A stretch of DNA of 37,507 nucleotides from contig CAYXJH010000003.1 of the NCBI GenBank assembly GCA_964465415.1, positions 1-37,507 of the forward strand. Direction: 5' to 3'. Made by a program: the position numbers and the translations under genes. Under the pieces are notes generated by a model, which did no database searches, was not told where the DNA came from, and saw only the letters and a list, made by a program, of their open reading frames with translations. Source of the DNA: an uncultured Gemmatimonadaceae bacterium. GTDB taxonomy: Bacteria > Gemmatimonadota > Gemmatimonadetes > Longimicrobiales > RSA9. This document shows positions 7,545-16,481 of this stretch, in pieces (position 1 is the stretch's first letter; the number at the start of each line of letters is the position of its first letter).

Positions 7545-8384
7545 ATGTCACGAATCCTCACGAACGGTGCGGTCCTGGTCCTGTCCATTACCGTCGCCTT
7601 GCCGGCGCAGGAGCCGCTCGCGCCGGACTCCGACTCGACCGTCGATCTAGCGGCGTATCGCCATGATGCCGCGCCGACACCCTTCGGCGTGGGTGAGCAG
7701 GCCCGTTATCGCGTGGGCTACGGCATCCTCCGGGCCGTCGGGTCGGGATCCATGCACGTCGTGGGTGTGGATACCGTCGACGGGCATCCCGCCTACCACA
7801 TGCACTTCCGGCTTCGGGGCGGAATCCCCGGCGCCAGGGTGAACAACACGTACGATTCCTGGATGGATGTTCGCGGGCTCTTCTCACGGCGTTTCGAGCA
7901 GGATACGCACGAGGTCCGGTTCACCCGGCAACGGACGCGTGCGTTCTACCCGGAGGAGCGCCGCTGGACCGGGCGGACGAACGAACGAATCGAGAGTGGT
8001 GAGCTGGAGACGGGACGGCCGCTCGACGACACCTCCTTCCTTTACTATGTGCGTACGCTTCGCCTCGACCCCGGCGACGAGTACGAGCTGCACGACTACT
8101 GGAACCCCGATGGCAATCCGGTCCGAATCCGGGTACTGCGCCGCGAGACCGTCGAGGTCCCGGCCGGGCGCTTCAACACCGTGGTGCTTCAACCGTTGAT
8201 CGAGACGAGCGGCATGTTCAGCGACGGAGGTGAGGCCGAGGTGTTCATCACCGATGACGCGGCCCGGATCATGGTCATGCTGCGGGCCAAGGTGAGCTTC
8301 GGGACCCTCCGGCTCGAGCTGGAGGAGTACACGCCGGGTCGGCCTCTGTCGACCGCGGCCTTTGTCCCCTCCTCGCCGCGCTGA
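7545..8384 (+). CDS. DUF3108-domain secreted protein
   Basis: The internal ATG at 7545 gives a Sec-type signal peptide (MSRILTNGAVLVLSITVALPAQE). The mature part has the DUF3108-like beta-rich pattern (GEQARYRVGYGILRAVGSGSMHV ... AEVFITDDAARIMVMLRAKVSFGTLRLEL). The 62 codons upstream in the track ORF are antisense to the glgC 5' region and were discarded. Confidence 0.72.
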   Translation: MSRILTNGAVLVLSITVALPAQEPLAPDSDSTVDLAAYRHDAAPTPFGVGEQARYRVGYGILRAVGSGSMHVVGVDTVDGHPAYHMHFRLRGGIPGARVNNTYDSWMDVRGLFSRRFEQDTHEVRFTRQRTRAFYPEERRWTGRTNERIESGELETGRPLDDTSFLYYVRTLRLDPGDEYELHDYWNPDGNPVRIRVLRRETVEVPAGRFNTVVLQPLIETSGMFSDGGEAEVFITDDAARIMVMLRAKVSFGTLRLELEEYTPGRPLSTAAFVPSSPR

Positions 8385-8435
8385 CCTTCGGCTGGCACTG
8401 GACGCCACCTGGCCCTCCGGCTACCATCCGACGCG

Positions 8436-8510
8436 GGGCGCGTAGCTCAGCTGGTTCAGAGCGTCTGGTTTACACCCAGAAGGTCACAGGTTCGAATCCT
8501 GTCGCGCCCA
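8436..8510 (+). tRNA. tRNA-Val (anticodon UAC)
   Basis: I folded the cloverleaf by hand. Acceptor stem GGGCGCG/CGCGCCC; D arm GCTC-AGCTGGTTCA-GAGC; anticodon arm TCTGG-TTTACAC-CCAGA, giving anticodon TAC. Variable loop AGGTC; T arm ACAGG-TTCGAAT-CCTGT; discriminator A. CCA is not encoded. Confidence 0.95.
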
Positions 8511-8542
8511 CTACCTATCCTTCTCACCGTGGGCTGATCGGG

Positions 8543-9520
8543 CTAGGCGCTGCGACGCAGCGCGCGGATGAGCTCCGCCTTCGTCATCCCGCTGCGGCCG
8601 GGGATGCCCCTGGCTTTCGCTTCCTCGTACAGGTCGGTCTTGGAGCGCTCCTGGAGGTCGGCCCCGGGGTCCCCACCGCGGGCATGTGAAGTCTCGCGGC
8701 GAGGGCCGGGCTCGGGCGGCCGGAGGCTGCGCTTCAGCACCTCCATGAGGTCGATCACGTCTCCATCCTCATCGTCGACCACCGTGCCCGCGGGCGCGGC
8801 AACCACATCAACGCCCTTCCGCCTCTTCCGATCGACCAGCGCCCGGAGTCGCTGGGCGAACTCGTCGCTCAGCTCATCCAGGTCGAGGGATTCCTCGGTC
8901 AGGCTGGCGATCGCTTCCCTGATCTCGCGCACCCGGCCCCCGTCCAGGCCCGGCACGTCCGGCAGGCCCACATCCTCGATCGGCCGGATCTCGTCCTGGA
9001 ACCGGAGCGTCTCGGCGCGCAGAATCCCGCCCTCCGCGAGGATCGCGACGAGGTACTCGCGAGTGCGCATCACGAACGTGGCGATCCCGGCCTGGCCGGT
9101 ACGCTCCATCGTGGCCGCCAGGAGACGGTACGCCTTGGTCGATTGGCCGGCCGGTGTGAGGTAGTACGCGCGCTCGAACAAGATCGGCGGCACCTGATCC
9201 CGGTCCACGAAGCGTCGGAGATCGATGTCGCGACTCTTCTCCGGCTCGAGGGATTCGAGCTCTTCGTCGGTGATGACGATATGTTGGTCGGGCGCGATCT
9301 CGTAGCCTCGGACGAGCCGGTCCGTCGGGACTTCCCGGCCGGTCTCCGGATCGAAGTAACGACGGGCCAGGGGCGTTCCGTCGCGGTCGAGCATGCGGAG
9401 GGAAACGCCTCCGCTCCTGTTGGCCGGGAACAGGTTCACGGGAACGCTTACCAGCCCGAAGCTGATGGTGCCCGACCAGAAGGAGCGACCGCGAATCCCG
9501 CCGTCCTGGGTCTCAGGCAC
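8543..9520 (-). CDS. ku: Ku (NHEJ DNA-end-binding) protein with extended C-terminal tail ending in a HeH/Rho_N(SAP-like) motif
   Basis: The Ku core is present: SFWSGTISFGLVSVPVNLFPA, IVITDEELESLEPEKSRDIDLRRFV and ERAYYLTPA. The C-terminal roughly 35 aa, SKTDLYEEAKARGIPGRSGMTKAELIRALR, matches the helix-extended-helix (Rho N-terminal/SAP-like) pattern. The GTG start at 9520 overlaps the stop of the upstream Ku gene by 8 nt. Confidence 0.9.
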   Translation of the reverse strand: MPETQDGGIRGRSFWSGTISFGLVSVPVNLFPANRSGGVSLRMLDRDGTPLARRYFDPETGREVPTDRLVRGYEIAPDQHIVITDEELESLEPEKSRDIDLRRFVDRDQVPPILFERAYYLTPAGQSTKAYRLLAATMERTGQAGIATFVMRTREYLVAILAEGGILRAETLRFQDEIRPIEDVGLPDVPGLDGGRVREIREAIASLTEESLDLDELSDEFAQRLRALVDRKRRKGVDVVAAPAGTVVDDEDGDVIDLMEVLKRSLRPPEPGPRRETSHARGGDPGADLQERSKTDLYEEAKARGIPGRSGMTKAELIRALRRSA

Positions 9521-10292
9521 TCTTCCGCTCCTTCGCCGCCCTGAGGCTGGCCTCGAGGGATGTTGTTAGGTCATCCGCCTCCTGACGCTCGGTCGGCTTG
9601 CGGAGCCGCAACGTCTTGCCCTCGGCCTTGGCCTCGATCAGCTCGAGCACCCGGTCCCGGTACTCGTCCCGGTAATCCGTCGGGTCGAACTCGTCGGCCA
9701 GCGCCGACACCAGCTGTTCCGCCATGGCCAGCTCCTTGGGGTCCGGCTCCCTGCCGGCGGGAGGCTCCAGCGCCGATGCCGGGATCACCTCATCCGCTCG
9801 CCGCAGCGTGATCAACAGCAGCCGGCCTTCCTCGCCGCGGAGCGCGCCGACGTACTCCTTGTTTCGCATGGCCCAGCGGACGATTCCCTCCTTGCCGGAA
9901 TCCTCGAGCGCGGCGGCGAGCGCGTAGTAAGACTCCACGTCTTCATCAGGCCCCAGGTGGTACGCGCGGTCATACCACTGGTGGTCGATGGCGCTGGACT
10001 CCACGAACCTCGTCACCTCGATGTCCCTGGATTTCTCGGGCTGGATGGATTCCAGCTCGTCGTCCTCCAGCACCACGAATACGCCCGGCTCGACTTCGAA
10101 GCCTCGGCGGATCTGGTCGTGCGGCACTACGTCCCCCGTCACCGGGTTCACCATCCGCTGGCTCACGGGGGACAGGGTCTCTTCGTTGAGCAGGCGGAAC
10201 CGTACACTCCGGTCCTGAATGGCCGAGTACAGTTTGACCGGGGCACTGATGTCCCCGAACCGGATCACGCCCTTCCAGATCGCTCGCGCCAT
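9513..10292 (-). CDS. ku: Ku (NHEJ DNA-end-binding) protein, short-tail paralogue
   Basis: The canonical Ku N-terminus MARAIWKGVIRFGDISAPVKLYSA is present, along with VVLEDDELESIQPEKSRDIEVTRFV and DRAYHLGPD. AGGAG lies 6 nt upstream of the ATG. It begins only 22 nt after the aceA stop. Confidence 0.9.
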   Translation of the reverse strand: MARAIWKGVIRFGDISAPVKLYSAIQDRSVRFRLLNEETLSPVSQRMVNPVTGDVVPHDQIRRGFEVEPGVFVVLEDDELESIQPEKSRDIEVTRFVESSAIDHQWYDRAYHLGPDEDVESYYALAAALEDSGKEGIVRWAMRNKEYVGALRGEEGRLLLITLRRADEVIPASALEPPAGREPDPKELAMAEQLVSALADEFDPTDYRDEYRDRVLELIEAKAEGKTLRLRKPTERQEADDLTTSLEASLRAAKERKSA

Positions 10293-10314
10293 CGTTGGCT
10301 CCTGCCGATTTCCG

Positions 10315-11670
10315 TCAGCCGAACTGCGCCGTTTCCGTGGATTCCTTCATGGCCCCCGTGCTCGCCTCCCCGTGGGAGAGGGTGTCCAGAACCAGGTCGA
10401 AGTAGTTGCCACCGACTTCCCGCTGGTGCTTGGCCGCCGTATAGCCCTTCTCCTCCAGGTGGAACTCCCGTTCCTGGAGGCGAACGTATGCTTCCATGCC
10501 ACGCGCTTCGTACTCGCGGGCCAGCTCGAACGCGCCCAGATTGACCAGGTGCCACCCGGCCAGCGTGATAAATTGGTATCGATAGCCCATCTCGCCAAGC
10601 TTTTCCTGGAACGAGGCGATCGTGGCGTCGTCCAGATGACGTTTCCAGTTGAAGGATGGCGAGCAGTTGTAGGCCAGCAGCTTGCCCGGATACGCGTCGC
10701 GGACGGCGTCCGCGAAGCGCTGTGCTTCGGCCAGGTCGGGCGTCTTGGTCTCGCACCAGAGCACGTCGGCGTACGGTGCGTAGGCGAGGGCCCGCGCGAT
10801 GGCGGAATCGAGTCCGCCCTGCACGCGGTAATAGCCTTCCAGGGTCCTTTCGCCCGTCAGGAATGCCCGGTCGCGCTCGTCGATGTCGCTGGTGAGGAGG
10901 GTGGCGGACTCGGCGTCCGTCCTGGCGAACAAAACAGTCGGCACGTCGAGGACGTCGGAGGCCAGGCGCGCGGCGCTCAGGACCCGGATGAACTGGGAGG
11001 TCGGAACCAACACCTTGCCCCCCATGTGGCCGCACTTCTTCTCCGCGGCGAGCTGGTCCTCGAAATGAATCCCGGCCGCGCCGGCCTCGATGAAGCTTCG
11101 GGCCAGCTCATGCGCGTGGAGCGGGCCACCGAAGCCGGCCTCCGCGTCGGCCACGATCGGTACCATCCACTCCGTTTCGACCTGCCCGTCCTGCTCGCTC
11201 CACTCGATCTGGTCGGCCCGCCGCAGGGCGTTGTTCAATCGCTTCACGAGTGTCGGCGCGCTGTTGCTCGGGTAGAGGCTCTGGTCCGGGTACGTGTGCA
11301 GGGACAGGTTCATATCCCCCGCCACCTGCCAGCCGCTGACGTATATGGATTGGAGGCCGGCACGGACCATCTGGACGGCCTGGTTGCCGGTGAGGGCACC
11401 GAACGTCCGGACGGGTTCTTCGCCGGCGGTGAGGAGGTCCCAGAGCCGGTTCGCCGCCAGGCGCGCGTTCGCATGGTCCTCCCGGATGGAGCCCCGGAGT
11501 CGGACGACGTCGCGAGCCTCGTAGGGACGCTCTATTCCCGCGAACCGCTCCGTGGCCCAACGGGCCTCGAGCTGAGCAACCTGTTCGTCGAAGGGGACGC
11601 GCGCGCGATCACTGTCACCCGTCACGGCGCGGTCCCGTTTGCCATTGCCCCAGTCGCTACGGTCTCTCAC
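10315..11670 (-). CDS. aceA: isocitrate lyase
   Basis: Matching motifs are the catalytic [33 protein letters not shown] and IHFEDQ; length 451 aa. The GTG start overlaps the aceB stop (GTGA). Confidence 0.95.
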   Translation of the reverse strand: MRDRSDWGNGKRDRAVTGDSDRARVPFDEQVAQLEARWATERFAGIERPYEARDVVRLRGSIREDHANARLAANRLWDLLTAGEEPVRTFGALTGNQAVQMVRAGLQSIYVSGWQVAGDMNLSLHTYPDQSLYPSNSAPTLVKRLNNALRRADQIEWSEQDGQVETEWMVPIVADAEAGFGGPLHAHELARSFIEAGAAGIHFEDQLAAEKKCGHMGGKVLVPTSQFIRVLSAARLASDVLDVPTVLFARTDAESATLLTSDIDERDRAFLTGERTLEGYYRVQGGLDSAIARALAYAPYADVLWCETKTPDLAEAQRFADAVRDAYPGKLLAYNCSPSFNWKRHLDDATIASFQEKLGEMGYRYQFITLAGWHLVNLGAFELAREYEARGMEAYVRLQEREFHLEEKGYTAAKHQREVGGNYFDLVLDTLSHGEASTGAMKESTETAQFG

Positions 11671-13268
11671 TTCGGTCCTCCGTTCAGTCTTTTGTAGCCG
11701 GGCAGCGTGAGGAAGTCGACGAAATCCTCGGCCAGCACCAGCTCGTCGAGCAGCGCGACGCTCTCGTCGAGACGCGCGGTGAAAGGCCCTCCTTCCGCCC
11801 GAAGGGCACCCAGCTCCTCATCCCGGATCTCCCGGTACAGCGCGGCGGACATGGTGGAGCCGTCCGCCAGCTCGACGGCGCGGTGCAGCCATTGCCAGAG
11901 CTGGGAACGAGAGATCTCGGCGGTGGCGGCGTCTTCCATGAGGTTGTTGATGGCTGCGGCGCCCCACCCGTCGAGCCACGCCGACAGGTACTGGATCGCA
12001 ACGCTCACGTTCTGCCGGACGCCCTCCATGGTCACAGCGCCGGGTGTGTCCGGGATGGCCAGGAGGTCGGCGGCGGAAACGTCCACTTCATCGCGATGTC
12101 GATCCTTCTGGTGGGGTCGGCCGTCGAGCACCTCGACGAAGGCCTCCCGGGCCACGGACTCGAGGCCCGGGTGCGCGATCCAGGTTCCATCGAACCCGTC
12201 ACGGCTTTCCCTCACCTTGTCCTCGCGCACCTTCTCGAACGCGCGACGATTCACATCTTCGTCGCGGCTCGGGATGAAGGCCGCCATGCCACCCATGGCG
12301 TGCGCGCCCCTCCGGTGGCACGTACGGACCAGCAGCTGGGTGTATGCGCGCATGAACGGCACGGTCATGGTGACCTGGCTGCGGTCCGGAAGGACGAAGT
12401 CGTCACGGTGCCGGAACTTCTTGATGGCGCTGAAGATGTAGTCCCATCGCCCCGCGTTCAGGCCGGCCATGTGGGGGCGTAGCTCGTAGAGGATCTCCTC
12501 CATCTCGAACGCGGCCAGGATGTTCTCGATCAGGACCGTGGCGCGTATCGATCCGTGGGGGACGTCGAGTGCGTCCTGCGCGAAATCGAAGACGTCGTTC
12601 CAGAGACGCGCCTCGAGGTGGTTCTCCAGCTTTGCCAGGTAGTAGTACGGGCCGCTGCCCCGGTCGAGGAGCTCGCGGGCGTTGTGGAAGAAGTAGAGCC
12701 CGAAATCGAACAGGCTGGCCGACACTGCCTGACCATCAACCGCCACGTGCTTCTCCGGCAGGTGCCAGCCCCTGGGTCGCACGAGGAGGGTGGCCGTTCG
12801 GTCGTCCAGCGCGTACCGCTTCCCATCAGGGTTCTCGAACTCGATCGTGCGCCGCACCGCATCCTGGCAGTTCGCCTGTCCAGCGATGATGTTGGACCAG
12901 GTCGGGGACAGGGCATCCTCGAAATCCGCCATGAAGACATCCGCCCCGGAGTTGAGGGCGTTGATCATCATCTTTCGCTCGACCGGGCCAGTGATCTCCA
13001 CGACCCGCCCGTTCAGGTCCGCCGGCGGGTCGGCCACCTTCCAATCGGCCTCCCGGACGGCCCGGGTCGATTCAAGGAAGTCGGGCATTTCTCCGCCCCG
13101 TATCCGGTCCTCGCGTTCGGCACGGGCGGCGAGGAGCTGGCGCCGGCGCCCGTCGAACGCGTCGTGCAGGTCCCGGAGGAAATTCAGGGCATCAGCGGTC
13201 AGCACCCTGTCGGAATCGGGCAGGCGGGCGCCGAGCACGGTGACGCGGCCTCTGGTCGCCTGGGCCAT
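11667..13268 (-). CDS. aceB: malate synthase A
   Basis: The 533-aa product carries [51 protein letters not shown] and the [10 protein letters not shown] family signatures. Confidence 0.95.
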   Translation of the reverse strand: MAQATRGRVTVLGARLPDSDRVLTADALNFLRDLHDAFDGRRRQLLAARAEREDRIRGGEMPDFLESTRAVREADWKVADPPADLNGRVVEITGPVERKMMINALNSGADVFMADFEDALSPTWSNIIAGQANCQDAVRRTIEFENPDGKRYALDDRTATLLVRPRGWHLPEKHVAVDGQAVSASLFDFGLYFFHNARELLDRGSGPYYYLAKLENHLEARLWNDVFDFAQDALDVPHGSIRATVLIENILAAFEMEEILYELRPHMAGLNAGRWDYIFSAIKKFRHRDDFVLPDRSQVTMTVPFMRAYTQLLVRTCHRRGAHAMGGMAAFIPSRDEDVNRRAFEKVREDKVRESRDGFDGTWIAHPGLESVAREAFVEVLDGRPHQKDRHRDEVDVSAADLLAIPDTPGAVTMEGVRQNVSVAIQYLSAWLDGWGAAAINNLMEDAATAEISRSQLWQWLHRAVELADGSTMSAALYREIRDEELGALRAEGGPFTARLDESVALLDELVLAEDFVDFLTLPGYKRLNGGPK

Positions 13269-13427
13269 GTATCGCTACCCTCTCGATCCGATATTCGGTA
13301 CACTAGTGCGCGGGAAGTGGCGTCCCGTAGCCAGGGACGCTCTGGGCATTGCACCGAACATGCCAGGCAGGCGAGACGGTTCTGGCGCCGAGCGCACCCT
13401 CGGAAATACACCGGGCAGCGGGATCCT

Positions 13428-14213
13428 ATGAGTCGACGTGTCACCGTACCCTTGAGTCTTCTGGCCGCTGCGGTCGTCGGCGCGTGTGCGCCCGCGATGC
13501 AGACGTTGGAGCGCGTGCTCCCCTCGGCGGGGCCGCCACCGCCCTCGAGCCCGATGGAGGCGCCTCCGGGCGTCCGGGGGGATTCCGCCGCGTGGAAATC
13601 AGCGCTGAACACGGACCGGGATCGCATCGTGGTGTCGCGTGATGCCCGGATGCTATGGTTGATGCGGGGAGACAGCGCCGTGTTCGCCGCGCCCATCGCA
13701 GTGGGCCGTGACACGATCTTCCGGTACGGTCAGAACGAGTGGGACTTCAACACGCCGACCGGGCGTATGACGGTGCTCGGGAAGGAGGAATCGCCGCTCT
13801 GGGTCCCGCCCAACTGGCACTATTACGAAAAGGCCGTGGAGCAGGAGCTGCAGCCGATTCACCTCCGGAGCGGGCAGCGGGTAGCCCTGTCCGACAGCAC
13901 GGTCATAGAGGTTCGTGGCGACGAGGTAGGGAGGATCAACCGCTACGGACACTGGCGGGCGTTCACGCCCGGGGGTGAGATCATATTCGACGGCAAGATC
14001 TTCGTGCCCCCTATCGGCTCCCCCCAGCGGCGAATCCCCGACGTGCTCGGGTCGCACCGACTCATTCTCGGAGACGGTTATCTGATCCACGGGACGCCCT
14101 ACGAGGATTCGATCGGGGAGTGGGCCAGCCACGGCTGTGTTCGCATGCTGAACAAAGACGTCGAGCAACTGTACGGGATGGTCGAGGTCCGCACCCCCGT
14201 CTACATCTACTGA
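13428..14213 (+). CDS. L,D-transpeptidase (YkuD domain) lipoprotein
   Basis: The internal ATG at 13428 gives a signal peptide with a lipobox-like [10 protein letters not shown]. The C-terminal YkuD catalytic motif is LIHGTP....SHGCVRM. The 5' 873 nt of track ORF 12555..14213 is antisense to aceB and was discarded. Confidence 0.85.
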   Translation: MSRRVTVPLSLLAAAVVGACAPAMQTLERVLPSAGPPPPSSPMEAPPGVRGDSAAWKSALNTDRDRIVVSRDARMLWLMRGDSAVFAAPIAVGRDTIFRYGQNEWDFNTPTGRMTVLGKEESPLWVPPNWHYYEKAVEQELQPIHLRSGQRVALSDSTVIEVRGDEVGRINRYGHWRAFTPGGEIIFDGKIFVPPIGSPQRRIPDVLGSHRLILGDGYLIHGTPYEDSIGEWASHGCVRMLNKDVEQLYGMVEVRTPVYIY

Positions 14214-14241
14214 CGCCGCGAGGCCGGATCCCACGACAGCC

Positions 14242-15165
14242 ATGCTCATCGGCAAGCCCCGCGATATCCCTTCGTCCGAGATCACGCCGGAGTCGCTCTA
14301 CCTCAGGCGGCGTGAGTTCATCGGACGAGGGGCGCGCACGCTGGCGGCGGCCGCCGTGGCGCCCGGGTCGCTCCTGGCAGCGTGTAGCCGGGCGGACGGA
14401 GGGACGGCCAGCGAGGAAACCACCCCGTACGAGCTGGTGACCACGTACAACAACTTCTACGAGTTCGGACCCGGCAAGGAAGATCCGTCCCGGCTGGCGC
14501 ATCACTTCAATCCCCGGCCCTGGACCGTAACCCTCGATGGGCTGGTGGACAGGCCCGGCCAGTATGATCTCAGCGATTTCGTGCGACCGCACGCGATCGA
14601 GGATCGTGTCTATCGCCTCCGGTGCGTGGAGGCGTGGTCCATGGTCATCCCCTGGCGGGGGATCCCACTGGCCCCCGTGCTCGAACGGGCCGGTCCCAGA
14701 CCCTCCGCTCGCTATGTGGAGCTCACGACGGTCTATCGACCGGCCGAGCTCCCAGGCCAGCGCAGGCGGGTTCTCAACTGGCCCTACGTCGAGGGACTCC
14801 GGCTGGACGAGGCGATGCACCCCCTCTCGTTCCTCGCCACCGGGCTCTACGGCCGGGAGCTACCGAACCAGAACGGTGCCCCGCTCCGCCTGGTGGTGCC
14901 CTGGAAGTACGGGTTCAAGAGCATCAAGTCCATCGTGCGGATGCGGCTCACGGAGACCATGCCGCTCAATACGTGGCAGGAGATGCAGCCCAACGAGTAC
15001 GGGTTCTTCGCCAACGTGAACCCGGAGGTCGACCATCCACGGTGGAGCCAGGCGCGGGAGCGGCGCATCGGCGAGGTGCGCCGGCGGCCGACCCTCCCGT
15101 TCAATGGCTATGCCGACGAGGTGGCGCACCTGTATGCGGGGATGGATCTCCGCAGGTGGTTCTGA
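14242..15165 (+). CDS. msrP: protein-methionine-sulfoxide reductase, molybdopterin catalytic subunit MsrP (YedY)
   Basis: It has a twin-arginine signal ([18 protein letters not shown]). Similarity to E. coli MsrP is strong: [69 protein letters not shown] and FNGYA. Confidence 0.95.
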   Translation: MLIGKPRDIPSSEITPESLYLRRREFIGRGARTLAAAAVAPGSLLAACSRADGGTASEETTPYELVTTYNNFYEFGPGKEDPSRLAHHFNPRPWTVTLDGLVDRPGQYDLSDFVRPHAIEDRVYRLRCVEAWSMVIPWRGIPLAPVLERAGPRPSARYVELTTVYRPAELPGQRRRVLNWPYVEGLRLDEAMHPLSFLATGLYGRELPNQNGAPLRLVVPWKYGFKSIKSIVRMRLTETMPLNTWQEMQPNEYGFFANVNPEVDHPRWSQARERRIGEVRRRPTLPFNGYADEVAHLYAGMDLRRWF

Positions 15166-15180
15166 GGCGCCGGGTCCGGC

Positions 15181-15828
15181 GTGGCGGGGCCAAAGGTCCG
15201 GGCCCGTGTCGTAACGTCGGGGGTCTGGGCCCTGGGTCTCTACCCGCTGGCCCGGCTCGCCTGGTGGCTACGTGGCGGGGTTTTCGGCCTGGGCGCCAAC
15301 CCCATCGAGCGGGTGCTTCACCACACCGGGTGGTGGGCGCTCATCCTGCTGTTCGTGACGCTGGCGATTACGCCGGTGAGACGGTTGACGGGGCGCAACG
15401 AGCTGGCCGCCGCACGCCGGCCTCTGGGCCTCTTCGCCTTCTTCTACGCGACCCTGCATCTCGCGATCTACCTTTCTCTCGACCAGCTCTTCGCCTGGTC
15501 CTTCCTCCTCGAGGACATCCTCGAGAGACCGTTCATCTCCGTGGGGATGGCGGCCTGGCTGCTGCTGTTGCCACTCGCCGTCACATCCACGCGCCAGTGG
15601 ATCGTACGCCTGGGCAGGCGCTGGGTCCTCCTCCACAGGCTGATCTATCCCGCTACCGCTCTCGGACTCCTCCACTACTTCTGGCGCGTGCGTGCCGACA
15701 CACGGGCTCCACTCATTCTCGTCGTTATCCTGGCGATCCTTCTGCTGCTGCGGATCCGCCGGAGGCGGCCGGCGAAACCGCGGCGACCGGCCGCTCGTAG
15801 GGACTCCCAGACACCACCGACCGAGTGA
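15181..15828 (+). CDS. msrQ: MsrQ (YedZ) heme-binding membrane subunit
   Basis: This is a multi-TM ferric-reductase-like protein with the conserved His positions (HHTGWWAL, ATLHLAIY, LHRLIY, LHYFW). It starts 15 nt downstream of msrP. The start codon is GTG. Confidence 0.9.
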   Translation: MAGPKVRARVVTSGVWALGLYPLARLAWWLRGGVFGLGANPIERVLHHTGWWALILLFVTLAITPVRRLTGRNELAAARRPLGLFAFFYATLHLAIYLSLDQLFAWSFLLEDILERPFISVGMAAWLLLLPLAVTSTRQWIVRLGRRWVLLHRLIYPATALGLLHYFWRVRADTRAPLILVVILAILLLLRIRRRRPAKPRRPAARRDSQTPPTE

Positions 15829-15835
15829 GGCCGTC

Positions 15836-16108
15836 ATGGAAGAGCTGATTCCGATCGTACTGTTCATGTGCATCGCAGGCGTCCTGATCCTGCGACCGGT
15901 CTCCAAGAAGCTCGGACTGCTGCTGGAAGCCCTCGCAAAGGAACGCATGGTCAACGCCACCCCCGGCCGGGCGCTCGACGAGGCGCAGCTCGAGCGCGTG
16001 ACCACGGCGCTCGAGCGTCTGAACAATCGCCTGGACCTGGTGGACGACCGCATCACCTTCATGGAACGGCTCATCGAGGACCGGCCTCGCCACCGCCTCA
16101 CGGGCTGA
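15836..16108 (+). CDS. small membrane protein: one N-terminal TM helix plus a C-terminal coiled-coil
   Basis: The ATG at 15836 lies within track ORF 15692..16108, 7 nt after the msrQ stop. The product is MEELIPIVLFMCIAGVLILRP followed by heptad-like LERVTTALERLNNRLDLVDDRITFMERLIE. Third-position G/C is about 85-90% by my count, higher than the codon-aligned antisense frame. The architecture is reminiscent of PspB, but this is not established. Confidence 0.5.
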   Translation: MEELIPIVLFMCIAGVLILRPVSKKLGLLLEALAKERMVNATPGRALDEAQLERVTTALERLNNRLDLVDDRITFMERLIEDRPRHRLTG

Positions 16109-16481
16109 CGCGTTGGCGCAGCCCGCCAGGCCCGCCCGAAACATCTCGCCGATGACCGTGTAGGACAGCCTGGAACCCACGTCAGCACCAACCGGCCCGG
16201 AGATTGCCTCCTGGTACGTTGGGTGGGCACGCGGGCCGCGCGGAGCGGTCCGTCGGGGAGGTTCGCACGGGGACGGGCCGGGGTGACAGAACGGAAGCCT
16301 TGCACGCCGCACAGTGCCGCCGTAGTATGGCCGCTCGTGCATACGCACCAAGGCTTTCCCAACCCCTCCGCGGCCGTACTCCGAACCTTCCAACGCGGTG
16401 CGGGGGTATTCATTTGTGGGCGGCGGCATCGGAGCGGCCCGGGTCGCCAGCGTATCAATTCCGGAGCGGAGACCCTGGAAC

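Noticed and set aside
10219-11697. 492-aa + strand ORF opposite aceA
   Set aside because: It is antisense to isocitrate lyase, which carries the KKCGH catalytic motif. No domain is recognisable, so it is a high-GC artefact.
12555-13427. 5' two-thirds of the 552-aa + ORF 12555..14213
   Set aside because: This part is antisense to malate synthase and has no family resemblance. Only the segment from ATG 13428 onward looks real, with a signal peptide, lipobox and YkuD domain.
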